A stretch of 64,000 nucleotides of DNA from Frankiaceae bacterium (lineage in GTDB: Bacteria; Actinomycetota; Actinomycetes; JAFAQI01), in assembly GCA_025929315.1 (NCBI GenBank), contig JAICMI010000002.1, forward strand, positions 209 to 64,208. The letters run 5' to 3'. The notes beneath the pieces were generated by a model. That model had not been told where the DNA came from. It ran no database searches and saw only the letters and a list, made by a program, of their open reading frames with translations. Of the stretch, positions 18,704 to 27,926 are shown piece by piece; positions within the stretch are counted from its first letter, which is position 1; every line of letters begins with the position of its first letter. The translations under genes were made by a program, and so were the position numbers.

Positions 18704-19963
18704 CTAGCCATCGGGGGTCGGGTCGTCCGGTTGCTCGCGCCGGTTGGGGTCGACCAAAGCGGCCGGAACGACCGCACCGGCACCGAACCGGGCCGCGGCC
18801 CGATCGGCGGCTCGCTCCGCTGCCCGCCACTCCTCACCGCCGCCGGCGAGCGCTAGCTGCCGAGGCGTCGACTCGGCCGGGGTGAGCCCCTCGACCCGGA
18901 CGCCGACGAGCCGGATCCGGGCGCGCTGCAGGCCGAGCGCGTCGTACAGGCCGCCGGCGGTCTCGTAGACGATCCGGGCGACGTCGGTGGCTTCATGGAT
19001 GGTCCTGGCGCGGGTGATCGTCGTGAAGTCGGCGAACCGGACCTTGATCGAGATCGTCCGGCCGACGAGTCCGGCGGAGCGCAGCCGGGCGGCCGTGCGT
19101 TCGGAGAGCCGGAGCAGCTCGCGGCGCACGACGGCGGGATCATCGACGTCACGGGCAAAGGTCTCTTCCGCGCCGATGCTCTTGTCCGGCTCGTGCGGGA
19201 CGACGTTGCGCTCGTCGCGTCCCCAGGCGAGCGCGGACAGATGCGCCCCCGCGGCCGGTCCGAGCGCCCGTTGCAGGGTCGCGACCGGGGTGTGCGCGAT
19301 GTCGCTGATGGTGCGCAACCCGAGCCTGGTCAGCGCTTCCTCGGTCTTGTCGCCGACCCCCCACAGCACGCCGACCGGCAGCGGGTGCAGGAACGCGATC
19401 ACGTCGTCACGCGGTACGACGATCAAGCCGTCGGGCTTGGCGCGGGCGGACGCGAGCTTGGCCACGAACTTGGTGGGGGCAACACCTACCGAGCACGTGA
19501 TGCCCTGCTCGTCCTCGACCCGTGCGCGGATGAGCTCGCCGATCAAGCGCGGCGAGCCGAGCCGGCGCTGCGCGCCGGCCACGTCGAGGAACGCCTCGTC
19601 GAGGCTCAAGGGCTCGACGAGCGGCGTGACCGAGCGGAACACCTCCATCACACCGCGGGACGCCTCGTCGTAGACGCCGTGGGTCGGCGGGATGACCGTG
19701 GCCTGCGGGCACAGCCGGCGGGCTCGCATCATCGGCATGGCGCTGTGCACGCCGAACGCACGTGCCTCGTAGGTCGCGGACAGCACGACCGAACGGGAGC
19801 CGAGACCGCCGACGATGACCGGGGTGCCGATGAGCTCGGGGCGGCTGCGCAGCTCAACCGACGCATAGAACGCGTCCATGTCGACGTGGAGCACGGTGGC
19901 GCCGGTGTCGTCGCCGGTGGCGTTGTCCATCGGTCCGAGCCGCTGCAGCTGCCGACGGGTCAT
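18704..19963 (-). CDS. dinB: DNA polymerase IV (DinB, Y-family)
   Basis: VLHVDMDAFYASVE and SLDEAFLDV catalytic motifs are intact (so not ImuB). 419 aa. Confidence 0.9.
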   Translation of the reverse strand: MTRRQLQRLGPMDNATGDDTGATVLHVDMDAFYASVELRSRPELIGTPVIVGGLGSRSVVLSATYEARAFGVHSAMPMMRARRLCPQATVIPPTHGVYDEASRGVMEVFRSVTPLVEPLSLDEAFLDVAGAQRRLGSPRLIGELIRARVEDEQGITCSVGVAPTKFVAKLASARAKPDGLIVVPRDDVIAFLHPLPVGVLWGVGDKTEEALTRLGLRTISDIAHTPVATLQRALGPAAGAHLSALAWGRDERNVVPHEPDKSIGAEETFARDVDDPAVVRRELLRLSERTAARLRSAGLVGRTISIKVRFADFTTITRARTIHEATDVARIVYETAGGLYDALGLQRARIRLVGVRVEGLTPAESTPRQLALAGGGEEWRAAERAADRAAARFGAGAVVPAALVDPNRREQPDDPTPDG

Positions 19964-19981
19964 CTCAGCGCCAATGCCAGC

Positions 19982-20728
19982 TCAGTCGCGGCGGGCGAGC
20001 AGGTGCAGCTGGGTGGCGATCGCCAGGTAGTCAGCCCGCTCGGCCGCGTCGCGCTCGAGTGCCAGCAGGTCGTCGGCTGCCTGCGGATCGCCGTCGAGCA
20101 GCGCCGGCGGCACGGTGTCGGCGAAGACGCGCACACCGTGCACCGTCTGCACGCGCAACCCGGCCGCAGCCAGCAACGGCTGGAGCTCGTCGAGCGTGAA
20201 CCGCCGTTGCAGCGGGTCGCCCGGACCGGTGGTGCCGTCTGTGCCGGTGAGCAGCCGGCGCGCCTCGGTGAGCCGACCGGCGGCGACGCGGCCGAGCACG
20301 GCGGCGCTGCGGTTGGCCGCGAGCACGCTGGTGATCCCACTGCTGCGCAGCGACTGGGTGATCGCCGCAAGCGCCTCGCCGGGGTCGTCGACGACCTCGA
20401 GGACGCTGTGGCAGAGCACCAGGTCGAACGAGCCGGCCGGCACCAGTGCGGGCAGCCCGGCCGCATCGCCCTGCATCGCTCGGATGCGCTCGCTGGTCCC
20501 GGTCTCGGCCGCGCGCCGCTCGAGCGCGGCGAGCGAGTCGGGGCTGGGGTCGACCACGGTGACGTCGTGACCGAGCTGCGCGAGCGGTACGGCGAAACCG
20601 CCACTGCCACCGCCGGCGTCGAGCACGCGCACGGCTCCGCCGCCGGCGAGGTCGTCGAGCGCACGACGCAGGTAGTCCCAGACGACCGCGGTGCGCACGC
20701 CGGTGCGGGTGCGTGGTGCGGTCGCCAT
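19982..20728 (-). CDS. Class I SAM-dependent methyltransferase
   Basis: VLDAGGGSGGFAVPLAQLGHDVTVVD motif I. Directly upstream of dinB on the same strand (19-nt spacer). Confidence 0.75.
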   Translation of the reverse strand: MATAPRTRTGVRTAVVWDYLRRALDDLAGGGAVRVLDAGGGSGGFAVPLAQLGHDVTVVDPSPDSLAALERRAAETGTSERIRAMQGDAAGLPALVPAGSFDLVLCHSVLEVVDDPGEALAAITQSLRSSGITSVLAANRSAAVLGRVAAGRLTEARRLLTGTDGTTGPGDPLQRRFTLDELQPLLAAAGLRVQTVHGVRVFADTVPPALLDGDPQAADDLLALERDAAERADYLAIATQLHLLARRD

Positions 20729-20750
20729 GCGGGCCAGCGTAAGACCCCTG

Positions 20751-21779
20751 CTAGTGCAGTCGGTGCACCGTGACCGTGAGCTGTCCGTCGGACATCCAGC
20801 CGGCCGTGTCGTGGATGGCGTAGGCCAGCGGCGCGCGCTTCTTGAACGTCACCGTCTTGCTGTAGGTGTGACGCCCCGTGGCGCAGCCGCTCTTGGTCGA
20901 CGCCTTCCAGGTGTGCATGTTGTTGACCCACAGGTCGAGAAGCCCGGTCTTGCCGGTGTCCTCGAACGCTGCCCGCTGGGTCCAGTGCTTGCCGTCGATG
21001 GTGCTGCACTCGGCGTCGGCCCGGTGGTGGCGTTGTCCGTCGGAGGAGTAGGTGCCGGTCACGGTGAACCGGTAGCTGCCGCCCTTGACCAGGCGGTAGG
21101 CCGGAGTCGGCGCGTAGTGCGGCGACACCTTGGTGGTCACGGTCTGGCCGAGCGTGAGTGTGCGCAGTGGCGGCGGCATCGGTGCGCTGACCTTGCCGGT
21201 CCAGAACGACGTCTTCTTCAGCGCGCCGGACCAGTCGAGCGAGATGTGCATGTGGTCGACGTGGCACGCCGTCGGGCCGGAGCAGTTGTCGTAGGGCTCC
21301 CAGCGCTGGCTGTAAGAGCCCCAGATGCGGTGGTTCCAGATGACATACATGACGCCGAGGCGGCGCACCATCGCGTCGGAGTCGCCGGATGCGTCGGAGG
21401 CGAACAGCCAGTCGAGGAAGGCTTTGCCCTGCGCGCGTGTCTTGGCGTTGCGGTGGTCGACGCCCCAGTCGATCGCCCGGCCGTCGTAGTGCTCGCTCGT
21501 GTCCGAGCCGCACGGCCGGGTGAGCGACACGATCGACGTGCCGCCGTAGGTCGCGGTCAGCAGGTGCGCGAGCGCCAGCGTGCCGGGCTTGGCCACCGGG
21601 TCGCAGAACGTCTGCGGCTGGTAGGGCGCGAGCACCTCGATGTCGCTGGGCAGAGCGACAGAAGCGTGCGGAACGATTGATCCGGTGGCGTCGGCTGCGC
21701 CCGGCAGGATCGGCACGGCAATGCCGGCGATCACCGCCGCGACGGCCAGTCGGCGTCGCAAAGACATGGGGGACCTCAA
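20751..21779 (-). CDS. Secreted hypothetical protein (signal peptide)
   Basis: N-terminal signal peptide MRSPMSLRRRLAVAAVIAGIAVPILPGAADA. No family is recognisable from sequence alone. Confidence 0.5.
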   Translation of the reverse strand: MRSPMSLRRRLAVAAVIAGIAVPILPGAADATGSIVPHASVALPSDIEVLAPYQPQTFCDPVAKPGTLALAHLLTATYGGTSIVSLTRPCGSDTSEHYDGRAIDWGVDHRNAKTRAQGKAFLDWLFASDASGDSDAMVRRLGVMYVIWNHRIWGSYSQRWEPYDNCSGPTACHVDHMHISLDWSGALKKTSFWTGKVSAPMPPPLRTLTLGQTVTTKVSPHYAPTPAYRLVKGGSYRFTVTGTYSSDGQRHHRADAECSTIDGKHWTQRAAFEDTGKTGLLDLWVNNMHTWKASTKSGCATGRHTYSKTVTFKKRAPLAYAIHDTAGWMSDGQLTVTVHRLH

Positions 21780-21880
21780 GGCTCGGGTTCAAGGAGTCCC
21801 TTGTGACTTCGGGGCCCCGATGCACCATTTGGAGGGTCCGCCAGGGTGATGTGGCGGAGGAGATACCCAGGCAAAGGCGA

Positions 21881-24800
21881 CTAACCACCCGACGAACCCG
21901 GGCTCGAGTGCCAGAGCTTGCGGGGTGGTCCGCCGGAGCCGGCCGGGCGGATGTCGGCGTAAGGGGACTGGGCGAACCCGCTGGCATAGATCCGCGGCTT
22001 GGTCATCACTGGTCGGGTGGAGCGGCTCTCTGCGGCACCGTGGACAGCCGCTTCGCTGACCGCGACCGGCCGGTGCATCTCGGCCTCGACCGCCGCCATC
22101 CCGCCGCGCTCCCACGCCTCGCGCAGCGCCGACAGCTCCCACGCGCCGTTGGCGTTGAGGGAGATGCCACGAGGGCCGGTACGACGCACCGTCCCGCGAA
22201 TCACCAGCAGCCAGGAGTGGAAGACGGTCGCGGCATAGCCGACCTGGGCATCTTCGAACAGGGTTGCGTCGACCGGCCCGGTCGCGTCGTCCAGCGTCAC
22301 GAACACGACCCGGCGACCGGAGCGGATCGGCGGCGTCTGGGTCGCGACCTTGACCCCGGCGACGAGCACCTCTTCGCGGCTGCGGCAGCGCATGAGCCCG
22401 TTGGCCCGGGTGATGCCGACCGCCGCGAAGAACGGCTCGTAGCACGCAAGCACGTGTCGGCTGGCGTCGAGCCCGAGAACTTCGAGCTCGGCGCGGGTCT
22501 GCTCGGCGACCGTCAGCTCCGGCAACCCGCTGACGGTCGTCTCGTTGGGCGCATCGCCCAGATCGAGTGCGAGCTGCACATCAACCGGCTGCACGTCCTT
22601 GGCCGCTTGCGACTGTCTCTTCGCGAGCTCGCGCACGGTGAGCGCCTGCTCGACGCGTTCCTGCTTGCGCCGCTGTGTCGTACCGGTGCCGCGTGATGCG
22701 GCACGGGTCCACCTGTGCAGATCGGCAACTTGTAAGAGGAGATCTCGTCTGGTGACCTGACCACGGCGTTTGACCGGCAGCGTCAACCCGATGCCGTAGA
22801 TGGAGTCGAAACCCCCGGCCAGCACGAGCCGTTCGACGATCGGGCGCGAGACGTTGGCGCGATGCCAGAAGTCGCTGAGTGATCCATAAGGCCGGCCGGC
22901 GACGATGCGCGCGATCTCCTGGTCGTTGATGCCTTTGACGTCAGCGAGTGACAAGCGGATGCCGTAGCGCTGACCGGCCGTCTGCCAGCCGGGTTCGGGC
23001 TGCTCGCCGAGAATGGCCGGCGGTGGCTCGTCGTACTGGGCAAGTCGTTCGACCGCGTAGGTGTCGGTCGAGACGTTGACGTCGAGTGGCAGCACGGCGA
23101 TGCCGAACTGACGCGCGTCGTCGAGGATCAAGCGCTTGGGATACATCCCCGGGTCGTGTGTCAGCACCCCGGCGAGGAATGCCGCGGTGTGATGCGCTTT
23201 CAACCACGCCGACTGATAGGTCGGCAAGGCGAACGCAGCGGCGTGCGCCTTGCAGAAACCGAACGACGCGAACGCCTTCAGCACCGCCCAGGCACGTTCG
23301 ACGGTAGCGAGGTCGTAGCCCTTGCGCAGTGCGGTCGGCACGAACCACGCCTGCACTTCCGCCTGCCCGTCGGGATCACCCAACGCGCGACGCGCCTCGT
23401 CGGCTTCGGCCAGTGAGCACTTGGTGAGGGTTGCGATGATCTCGAGCACCTGCTCGTGAAAGACGACGACGCCACATGTCTGCTCGAGCGCATCGTGCAG
23501 GTCGGGATGCAGGTAACGCTCGGGTTTCCAGCCCTGCCGCGCCTCGAGGAACGGCGTGACCATGTCGCTCTTGACCGGGCCAGGACGGAACAGCGAGATG
23601 TCAGTGATGATGTCGGCAAACGTCTCGGGGGCGAACTTGCCGACCAGCTCGCGTTGGCCGGGTGACTCGATCTGGAACATGCCGAGTGTGCGCGTCGACT
23701 GGATGAGCGCGAACGTCTCCGGGTCGTCGCGCGGGATGCTGTCGATGTCGACGTCGACGGTGTCGACGCGTCGTACCTCTTCTATGGCGTGCGCGATCGC
23801 GGACTGCATGCGGATGCCGAGGACGTCGAGCTTGAGCAGGCCGAGTGCCTCGACGTCGTCCTTGTCGAACTGGCTCATCGGGAAGCCGAGCCAGCTCGCC
23901 TCGACGGGCGTGCGGTCGAGCAAGGTGAGATCGCTGAGCAACACGCCGCACGGATGCAGCGCGACATGCCGCGGCAGACCGTCGAGTCGTTCGGCGAGCG
24001 AGAACAGCAGATCGAGCTGGGCCCTGCCGTCTTTTCCTGGCTTGCCGAGAGTGCTGGCGCGCAGCTCGGGCAGGTCGTGCAGCGCGGCTTTGATCTGGCT
24101 GGCGCGAATGTGCGGGAACGCCTTGGCGACTGCGTCGATCTCGTCGGGCGGTAGACCGAGCGCAGCGCCGGTGTCACGGATCGCGTGGCGCGCGCGGTAG
24201 GTGTCCATCATCGACACACATGCACACCGCTCGCCGCCGTAGCGGTCGAGGATGCGTTCGTAGACCTCGGTGCGACGCGCGGACTCGACGTCGAGGTCGA
24301 CGTCGGGCAGCGCCTTGCGCAACGGCGAGAGGAACCGCTCCATGAGCAGCCGGTGCTCGAGCGGGTCGACGTCGGAGACACCGAGCAGGTAGTTGACGAG
24401 GCTGCCGGCACCAGATCCGCGCGCCGCACACCGCACACCCATGTCCTTCACGAGCGCTACGACGTCGGCGATCGTGAGGAAGTAGGTCGGGTAGCCGAGC
24501 TGCGCGATGACGTCGAGCTCGTCGTCGAGCCGTTGCTGCACCTGCGCCGTCAACGCCATGCTGCGGCGGCCGAGACCTGCCTCGCACCGCTGCCGCAGCA
24601 CGACATCTGCGTTGCCACCGGCGTCAGTGCGCAGCTCCGGGAAGTGCACGGTGCCGATGCCGAGGTCGTCGCGCGGATCGAGCACGCATCGGTCGGCCAA
24701 CCGCCGGGTCGAGGCGAGCAGGTCGCGCGCGGCCCGCTCCCCGAGCCCGGCTGCGTGCGCGACCTCGGCGGCGACGTCGTCCATCTCCTTGCCGCTCTTG

Positions 24801-25582
24801 AGATAGGCCTCGGCGTTGACCCGGTCGAGGTGCCGTGCGTCGAGAGCGACAAGGCGGCGAGCGGCATCGAGCACGTCGAGCGTCGGGCCGTCGCTGCGGT
24901 CGGCGCCCCGCGACGCATTGGAGAGCACGACCGGCAGGTCGTGCTCTCGTGCCCACGCGAGCATCCGTCCGGCGCGGGCGGCATCACCCGGGCCGCGATG
25001 GTCGACGATCTCGACGACGACGTCATGCCACTCTGCGCCGGCATCGGTGAGCATCCGCCGCCACTGCTGGAGCTCGGCCTTCGCCAGGTCTGGTCGGCGG
25101 CGGCCAAGTGCACGACCCATCGCCGAGTCCGGACCGAGCATGACGACCAGCCCATCGACGTGCGCCGCGACGAGATCGAGAGTGGCGATCGGTTCGCCGC
25201 GCTCACCGGCGAGATGGGTGGCGCTGACCAACCGGCACACGCTCGCCCACCCGCGCTTGTCCTTCGCCAGGACAGTGACCCGCGGGAGACGATGGTCGAC
25301 AAAAGCCCCTCCCCGCGCCGGCGTCTTCGACTTCTGTGTCTTCTGGCGCGCGGAGCACGACGGTGCAACGCCCACGGCAAGGTCAGTGCCGAGGATCGGA
25401 CGCACGCCGAGGCGCATGCAGGCGGTGACGAACTTGACCACGCCATAGACACCATCGCGATCGGTCAGCGCGAGTGTGTCCATGCCGTGGTCGGCTGCAC
25501 GCTGAACGAGATCGGCCGGATGGGAAGCGCCGTGCCGCAGCGAGTAGCCGGACGCAACGTGCAGATGTACGAACGGATCCAT
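21881..25582 (-). CDS. dnaE2: Error-prone DNA polymerase III alpha subunit DnaE2 (ImuC)
   Basis: PHP-domain N-terminus MDPFVHLHVASGYSLRHGASHP, polymerase core, and no beta-/tau-binding tail. 1233 aa. Confidence 0.9.
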   Translation of the reverse strand: MDPFVHLHVASGYSLRHGASHPADLVQRAADHGMDTLALTDRDGVYGVVKFVTACMRLGVRPILGTDLAVGVAPSCSARQKTQKSKTPARGGAFVDHRLPRVTVLAKDKRGWASVCRLVSATHLAGERGEPIATLDLVAAHVDGLVVMLGPDSAMGRALGRRRPDLAKAELQQWRRMLTDAGAEWHDVVVEIVDHRGPGDAARAGRMLAWAREHDLPVVLSNASRGADRSDGPTLDVLDAARRLVALDARHLDRVNAEAYLKSGKEMDDVAAEVAHAAGLGERAARDLLASTRRLADRCVLDPRDDLGIGTVHFPELRTDAGGNADVVLRQRCEAGLGRRSMALTAQVQQRLDDELDVIAQLGYPTYFLTIADVVALVKDMGVRCAARGSGAGSLVNYLLGVSDVDPLEHRLLMERFLSPLRKALPDVDLDVESARRTEVYERILDRYGGERCACVSMMDTYRARHAIRDTGAALGLPPDEIDAVAKAFPHIRASQIKAALHDLPELRASTLGKPGKDGRAQLDLLFSLAERLDGLPRHVALHPCGVLLSDLTLLDRTPVEASWLGFPMSQFDKDDVEALGLLKLDVLGIRMQSAIAHAIEEVRRVDTVDVDIDSIPRDDPETFALIQSTRTLGMFQIESPGQRELVGKFAPETFADIITDISLFRPGPVKSDMVTPFLEARQGWKPERYLHPDLHDALEQTCGVVVFHEQVLEIIATLTKCSLAEADEARRALGDPDGQAEVQAWFVPTALRKGYDLATVERAWAVLKAFASFGFCKAHAAAFALPTYQSAWLKAHHTAAFLAGVLTHDPGMYPKRLILDDARQFGIAVLPLDVNVSTDTYAVERLAQYDEPPPAILGEQPEPGWQTAGQRYGIRLSLADVKGINDQEIARIVAGRPYGSLSDFWHRANVSRPIVERLVLAGGFDSIYGIGLTLPVKRRGQVTRRDLLLQVADLHRWTRAASRGTGTTQRRKQERVEQALTVRELAKRQSQAAKDVQPVDVQLALDLGDAPNETTVSGLPELTVAEQTRAELEVLGLDASRHVLACYEPFFAAVGITRANGLMRCRSREEVLVAGVKVATQTPPIRSGRRVVFVTLDDATGPVDATLFEDAQVGYAATVFHSWLLVIRGTVRRTGPRGISLNANGAWELSALREAWERGGMAAVEAEMHRPVAVSEAAVHGAAESRSTRPVMTKPRIYASGFAQSPYADIRPAGSGGPPRKLWHSSPGSSGG

Positions 25583-25593
25583 GTGCGCGGCGA

Positions 25594-26022
25594 CTAGCCA
25601 GCACGATCAAGTGTGTCGGGGAGCACTCCCAATGTCGTCTCGACAAGAGCGAGGAAGGTGTGTGCATCACGCACGAGGTCGTCGGCCTCCCGCGCGGTGA
25701 CGGCAGTGCGCAGGCCGGCAAGAGCAGCAGCTCGCTTTTCCGCGCCGGCGGCGAAGTAGCCCGCCCACTCCCCCAGCTCCGGCGCTACGGAGGTGAGGAG
25801 CACCCATGCACTGGTCGGTCGGCGTCGTACATCACTAGGACGGGCGCGAGCGGCGAGAACTGCAGCGGCCGCCCGCAAGGCCGCGAGATGAGCCGTTGCG
25901 TATCGCTCGGCAGCTCCCTCGAACCGCTCGGACTCGCGCAACGCCGCCCGCGAGCCGGCAAGCAGTCGCAGCGCGGTCGGCGCCGTCCGCCGGTCATAAG
26001 TCAGCACAGTCACCCTGGCCAC
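25594..26022 (-). CDS. SAV_6107-family HEPN domain protein
   Basis: Pattern ...AERYATAHLAALRAAAAVLAARARP...SAWVLLTSVAPELGEWAGYFAAG...READDLVRDAHTFLALVE matches the SAV_6107 HEPN family. GTG start lies 2 nt after the TGA of the upstream small gene (TGAGGGTG). Its stop is 12 nt before dnaE2. Confidence 0.65.
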   Translation of the reverse strand: MARVTVLTYDRRTAPTALRLLAGSRAALRESERFEGAAERYATAHLAALRAAAAVLAARARPSDVRRRPTSAWVLLTSVAPELGEWAGYFAAGAEKRAAALAGLRTAVTAREADDLVRDAHTFLALVETTLGVLPDTLDRAG

Positions 26023-26024
26023 CC

Positions 26025-26318
26025 TCAATCGAGGACCGCGGCGACGGTCCAGCGCCCGGTCGACCAGAAGTGCGCGAGCTCGAGAATCACCGGGCTGCGT
26101 CCGGGCGCGACCGCCTCGACCCGCCACAGCTCGCGTTCGTCGTCATGCACGCCGTCGGTGAGGTCACCTGCCTGCCACCAGGGACCGGTCTCCCACCAGT
26201 GCGCCAGCACCGATCGCACGACGTAACCGCGACGACGACGAACGAACGCGATCGGCTCGTTGTCGCGGTGGTCGACCTCGACGCGCTCGTCGTAGCGTCG
26301 AGCGAGAGACGCAGGCAT
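26025..26318 (-). CDS. Small conserved hypothetical protein (97 aa, Trp-rich WWETGPWW motif)
   Basis: ATG at 26316-26318 with GGGGAG 7 nt upstream. MPASLARRYDERVEVDHRDNEPIAFVRRRRGYVVRSVLAHWWETGPWWQ... Translationally coupled to the HEPN gene. Confidence 0.55.
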   Translation of the reverse strand: MPASLARRYDERVEVDHRDNEPIAFVRRRRGYVVRSVLAHWWETGPWWQAGDLTDGVHDDERELWRVEAVAPGRSPVILELAHFWSTGRWTVAAVLD

Positions 26319-26436
26319 GGCAGGCTCCCCTCTGCTCCCTGGTTCGGGCAGCCGGGGGAAGGCGGACTGCTGGTCGCACCCGGGCCGGGGCTTCGCGACG
26401 CTTCCCCACGTCGGGAAGCCCGGCTCCGGATGCATC

Positions 26437-26452
26437 TCGAACATACGTTCGA
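26437..26452. promoter_or_regulatory. LexA (SOS) box TCGAACATACGTTCGA
   Basis: Perfect match to the actinobacterial/Gram-positive SOS consensus TCGAAC-N4-GTTCGA. Lies about 120 nt upstream of the small-ORF/HEPN/dnaE2 operon start. Confidence 0.7.
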
Positions 26453-26535
26453 TAACCTGTCTCGTCAAGCCCTCTCGACCGGTTGTCGAACAGGGCCCAT
26501 CACACATCCGGCCACCGACAGTTTTCGGCTGATGC

Positions 26536-27426
26536 TCATGGGCGACGACGGAACAGCATGCCGATCGGCCGCAGCCACGGTGGCCACATCTCGAGCCAGT
26601 GCCATCGACGGATCGGCACCGCGTAGGCGGTCGCGTCGTCAGCATCCTCAGGGTCGACCTTGATGCCGCGTCGGTTGGCGAACTCCTTCAGGCCTTCGAG
26701 CAATTCGTCCGGACGCTCTTCCTCGGTCGTCTGAAGGGCAATGCGATCGCCCACAACTGACGCCCGCAGGACGACCCCTTCATCTGTGTAGAAGGTGAAC
26801 TCGTCGTCCTCGACGGAGTAGACGTGCATGCGCGCCGCGGCTTCGCGTGCCGACAGGAAGGCACGGACGTCGCCCGATCTACGGTCCAGCGCGAAAACGA
26901 AGGCGTCGAGGTCATCCTGTTCGAGCAGTTGCGCGTCACTCAGCTGGTCAAGCCGGTTGACCACCACGACGCCCACGACGCAGAGCCCGAGGTAAGCCAG
27001 CGCAAATCCTTCTGCCTCGACCAGTCGAGCTGTCTGGTGCCCCGGCGGCAAGCTGTGGATCAAGGTGAACCCGATGCCCTGCAACGCAGCGAGGACAGCA
27101 GTGAGCCCGAACATCCAGCCGATCGCCGGCCACCAGCCGGCGGCACGCGCCTCACCCGAACGCAAGGCCCAGTACGTCGCCGCAGCCGCAGCGATGAGCA
27201 AGAGGACTTCGGTCCCGTCGCCGGCCGTGCCGAACGTGGTGAGCACGTCATATGCCCGTGCACGGCCGGTTCCCAGGAAGGGCGCCTGGTTGTCGTGCCA
27301 CTCGACGAAGCCGGCGACCACGGCGGTCACGAGCCGCAGCGCCGCGGCCCCGGCCAGTGCCAGCGCCACCGGCCATGCGAGAACGGACTCGCGGCGTTCG
27401 ACCCCGTCGGTCATGCGGCGCACCAT
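26536..27426 (-). CDS. Hypothetical integral membrane protein
   Basis: About 6 predicted TM helices in the N-terminal half and an acidic soluble C-terminal domain. No recognisable family. Confidence 0.5.
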   Translation of the reverse strand: MVRRMTDGVERRESVLAWPVALALAGAAALRLVTAVVAGFVEWHDNQAPFLGTGRARAYDVLTTFGTAGDGTEVLLLIAAAAATYWALRSGEARAAGWWPAIGWMFGLTAVLAALQGIGFTLIHSLPPGHQTARLVEAEGFALAYLGLCVVGVVVVNRLDQLSDAQLLEQDDLDAFVFALDRRSGDVRAFLSAREAAARMHVYSVEDDEFTFYTDEGVVLRASVVGDRIALQTTEEERPDELLEGLKEFANRRGIKVDPEDADDATAYAVPIRRWHWLEMWPPWLRPIGMLFRRRP

Positions 27427-27452
27427 AGCCGTCAGGCACTAACGTCGCGAGC

Positions 27453-27926
27453 GTGCATCCGAGTGTCGAGCGCGTCGTCAGCGCCCTCCGCGACGGTGGG
27501 GTCGGCGCCGAGGTCCGGGAGTTCAGCGAGTCGACGCGCACGGCGGTCGACGCGGCCAACGCGCTCGACGTGCCGGTCGGCGCGATCGTCAAGTCCTTGG
27601 TGTTCGCCGCCGATGGCGCGCCCGTGCTCGTCCTTGCCAGTGGTGACCACCAGGTCGACACCGCGAAGGTCGCTCACGTCCTCGGCTCAGCGCACGTGGG
27701 TCGCGCTGATGCGGACCTCGTCCGGGACGCAACCGGCTTCGCGATCGGCGGTGTTGCCCCGGTCGGGCATCCGCACCCGCTGCGCACCGTCATTGACACT
27801 CACCTCTCTTCCTTCGACGTCATCTGGGCAGCCGCCGGGACGCCGCGGACCGTGTTCCCGACGACTTACGACGAGCTGCTGAGGCTCACCGACGCTGTAG
27901 CCGCCGACGTCGGAAGCGCACCGTGA
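27453..27926 (+). CDS. YbaK/EbsC-type aminoacyl-tRNA deacylase domain protein
   Basis: ...GAIVKSLVFAADGAPVLVLASGDHQVDTAKV... YbaK fold signature. Confidence 0.8.
   Translation: MHPSVERVVSALRDGGVGAEVREFSESTRTAVDAANALDVPVGAIVKSLVFAADGAPVLVLASGDHQVDTAKVAHVLGSAHVGRADADLVRDATGFAIGGVAPVGHPHPLRTVIDTHLSSFDVIWAAAGTPRTVFPTTYDELLRLTDAVAADVGSAP

Noticed and set aside
18995-21680. Plus-strand ORFs 18995..20773 (592 aa) and 20691..21680 (329 aa)
   Set aside because: Antisense to dinB/methyltransferase/secreted protein. No motifs. The real genes on the minus strand have clear domain signatures.
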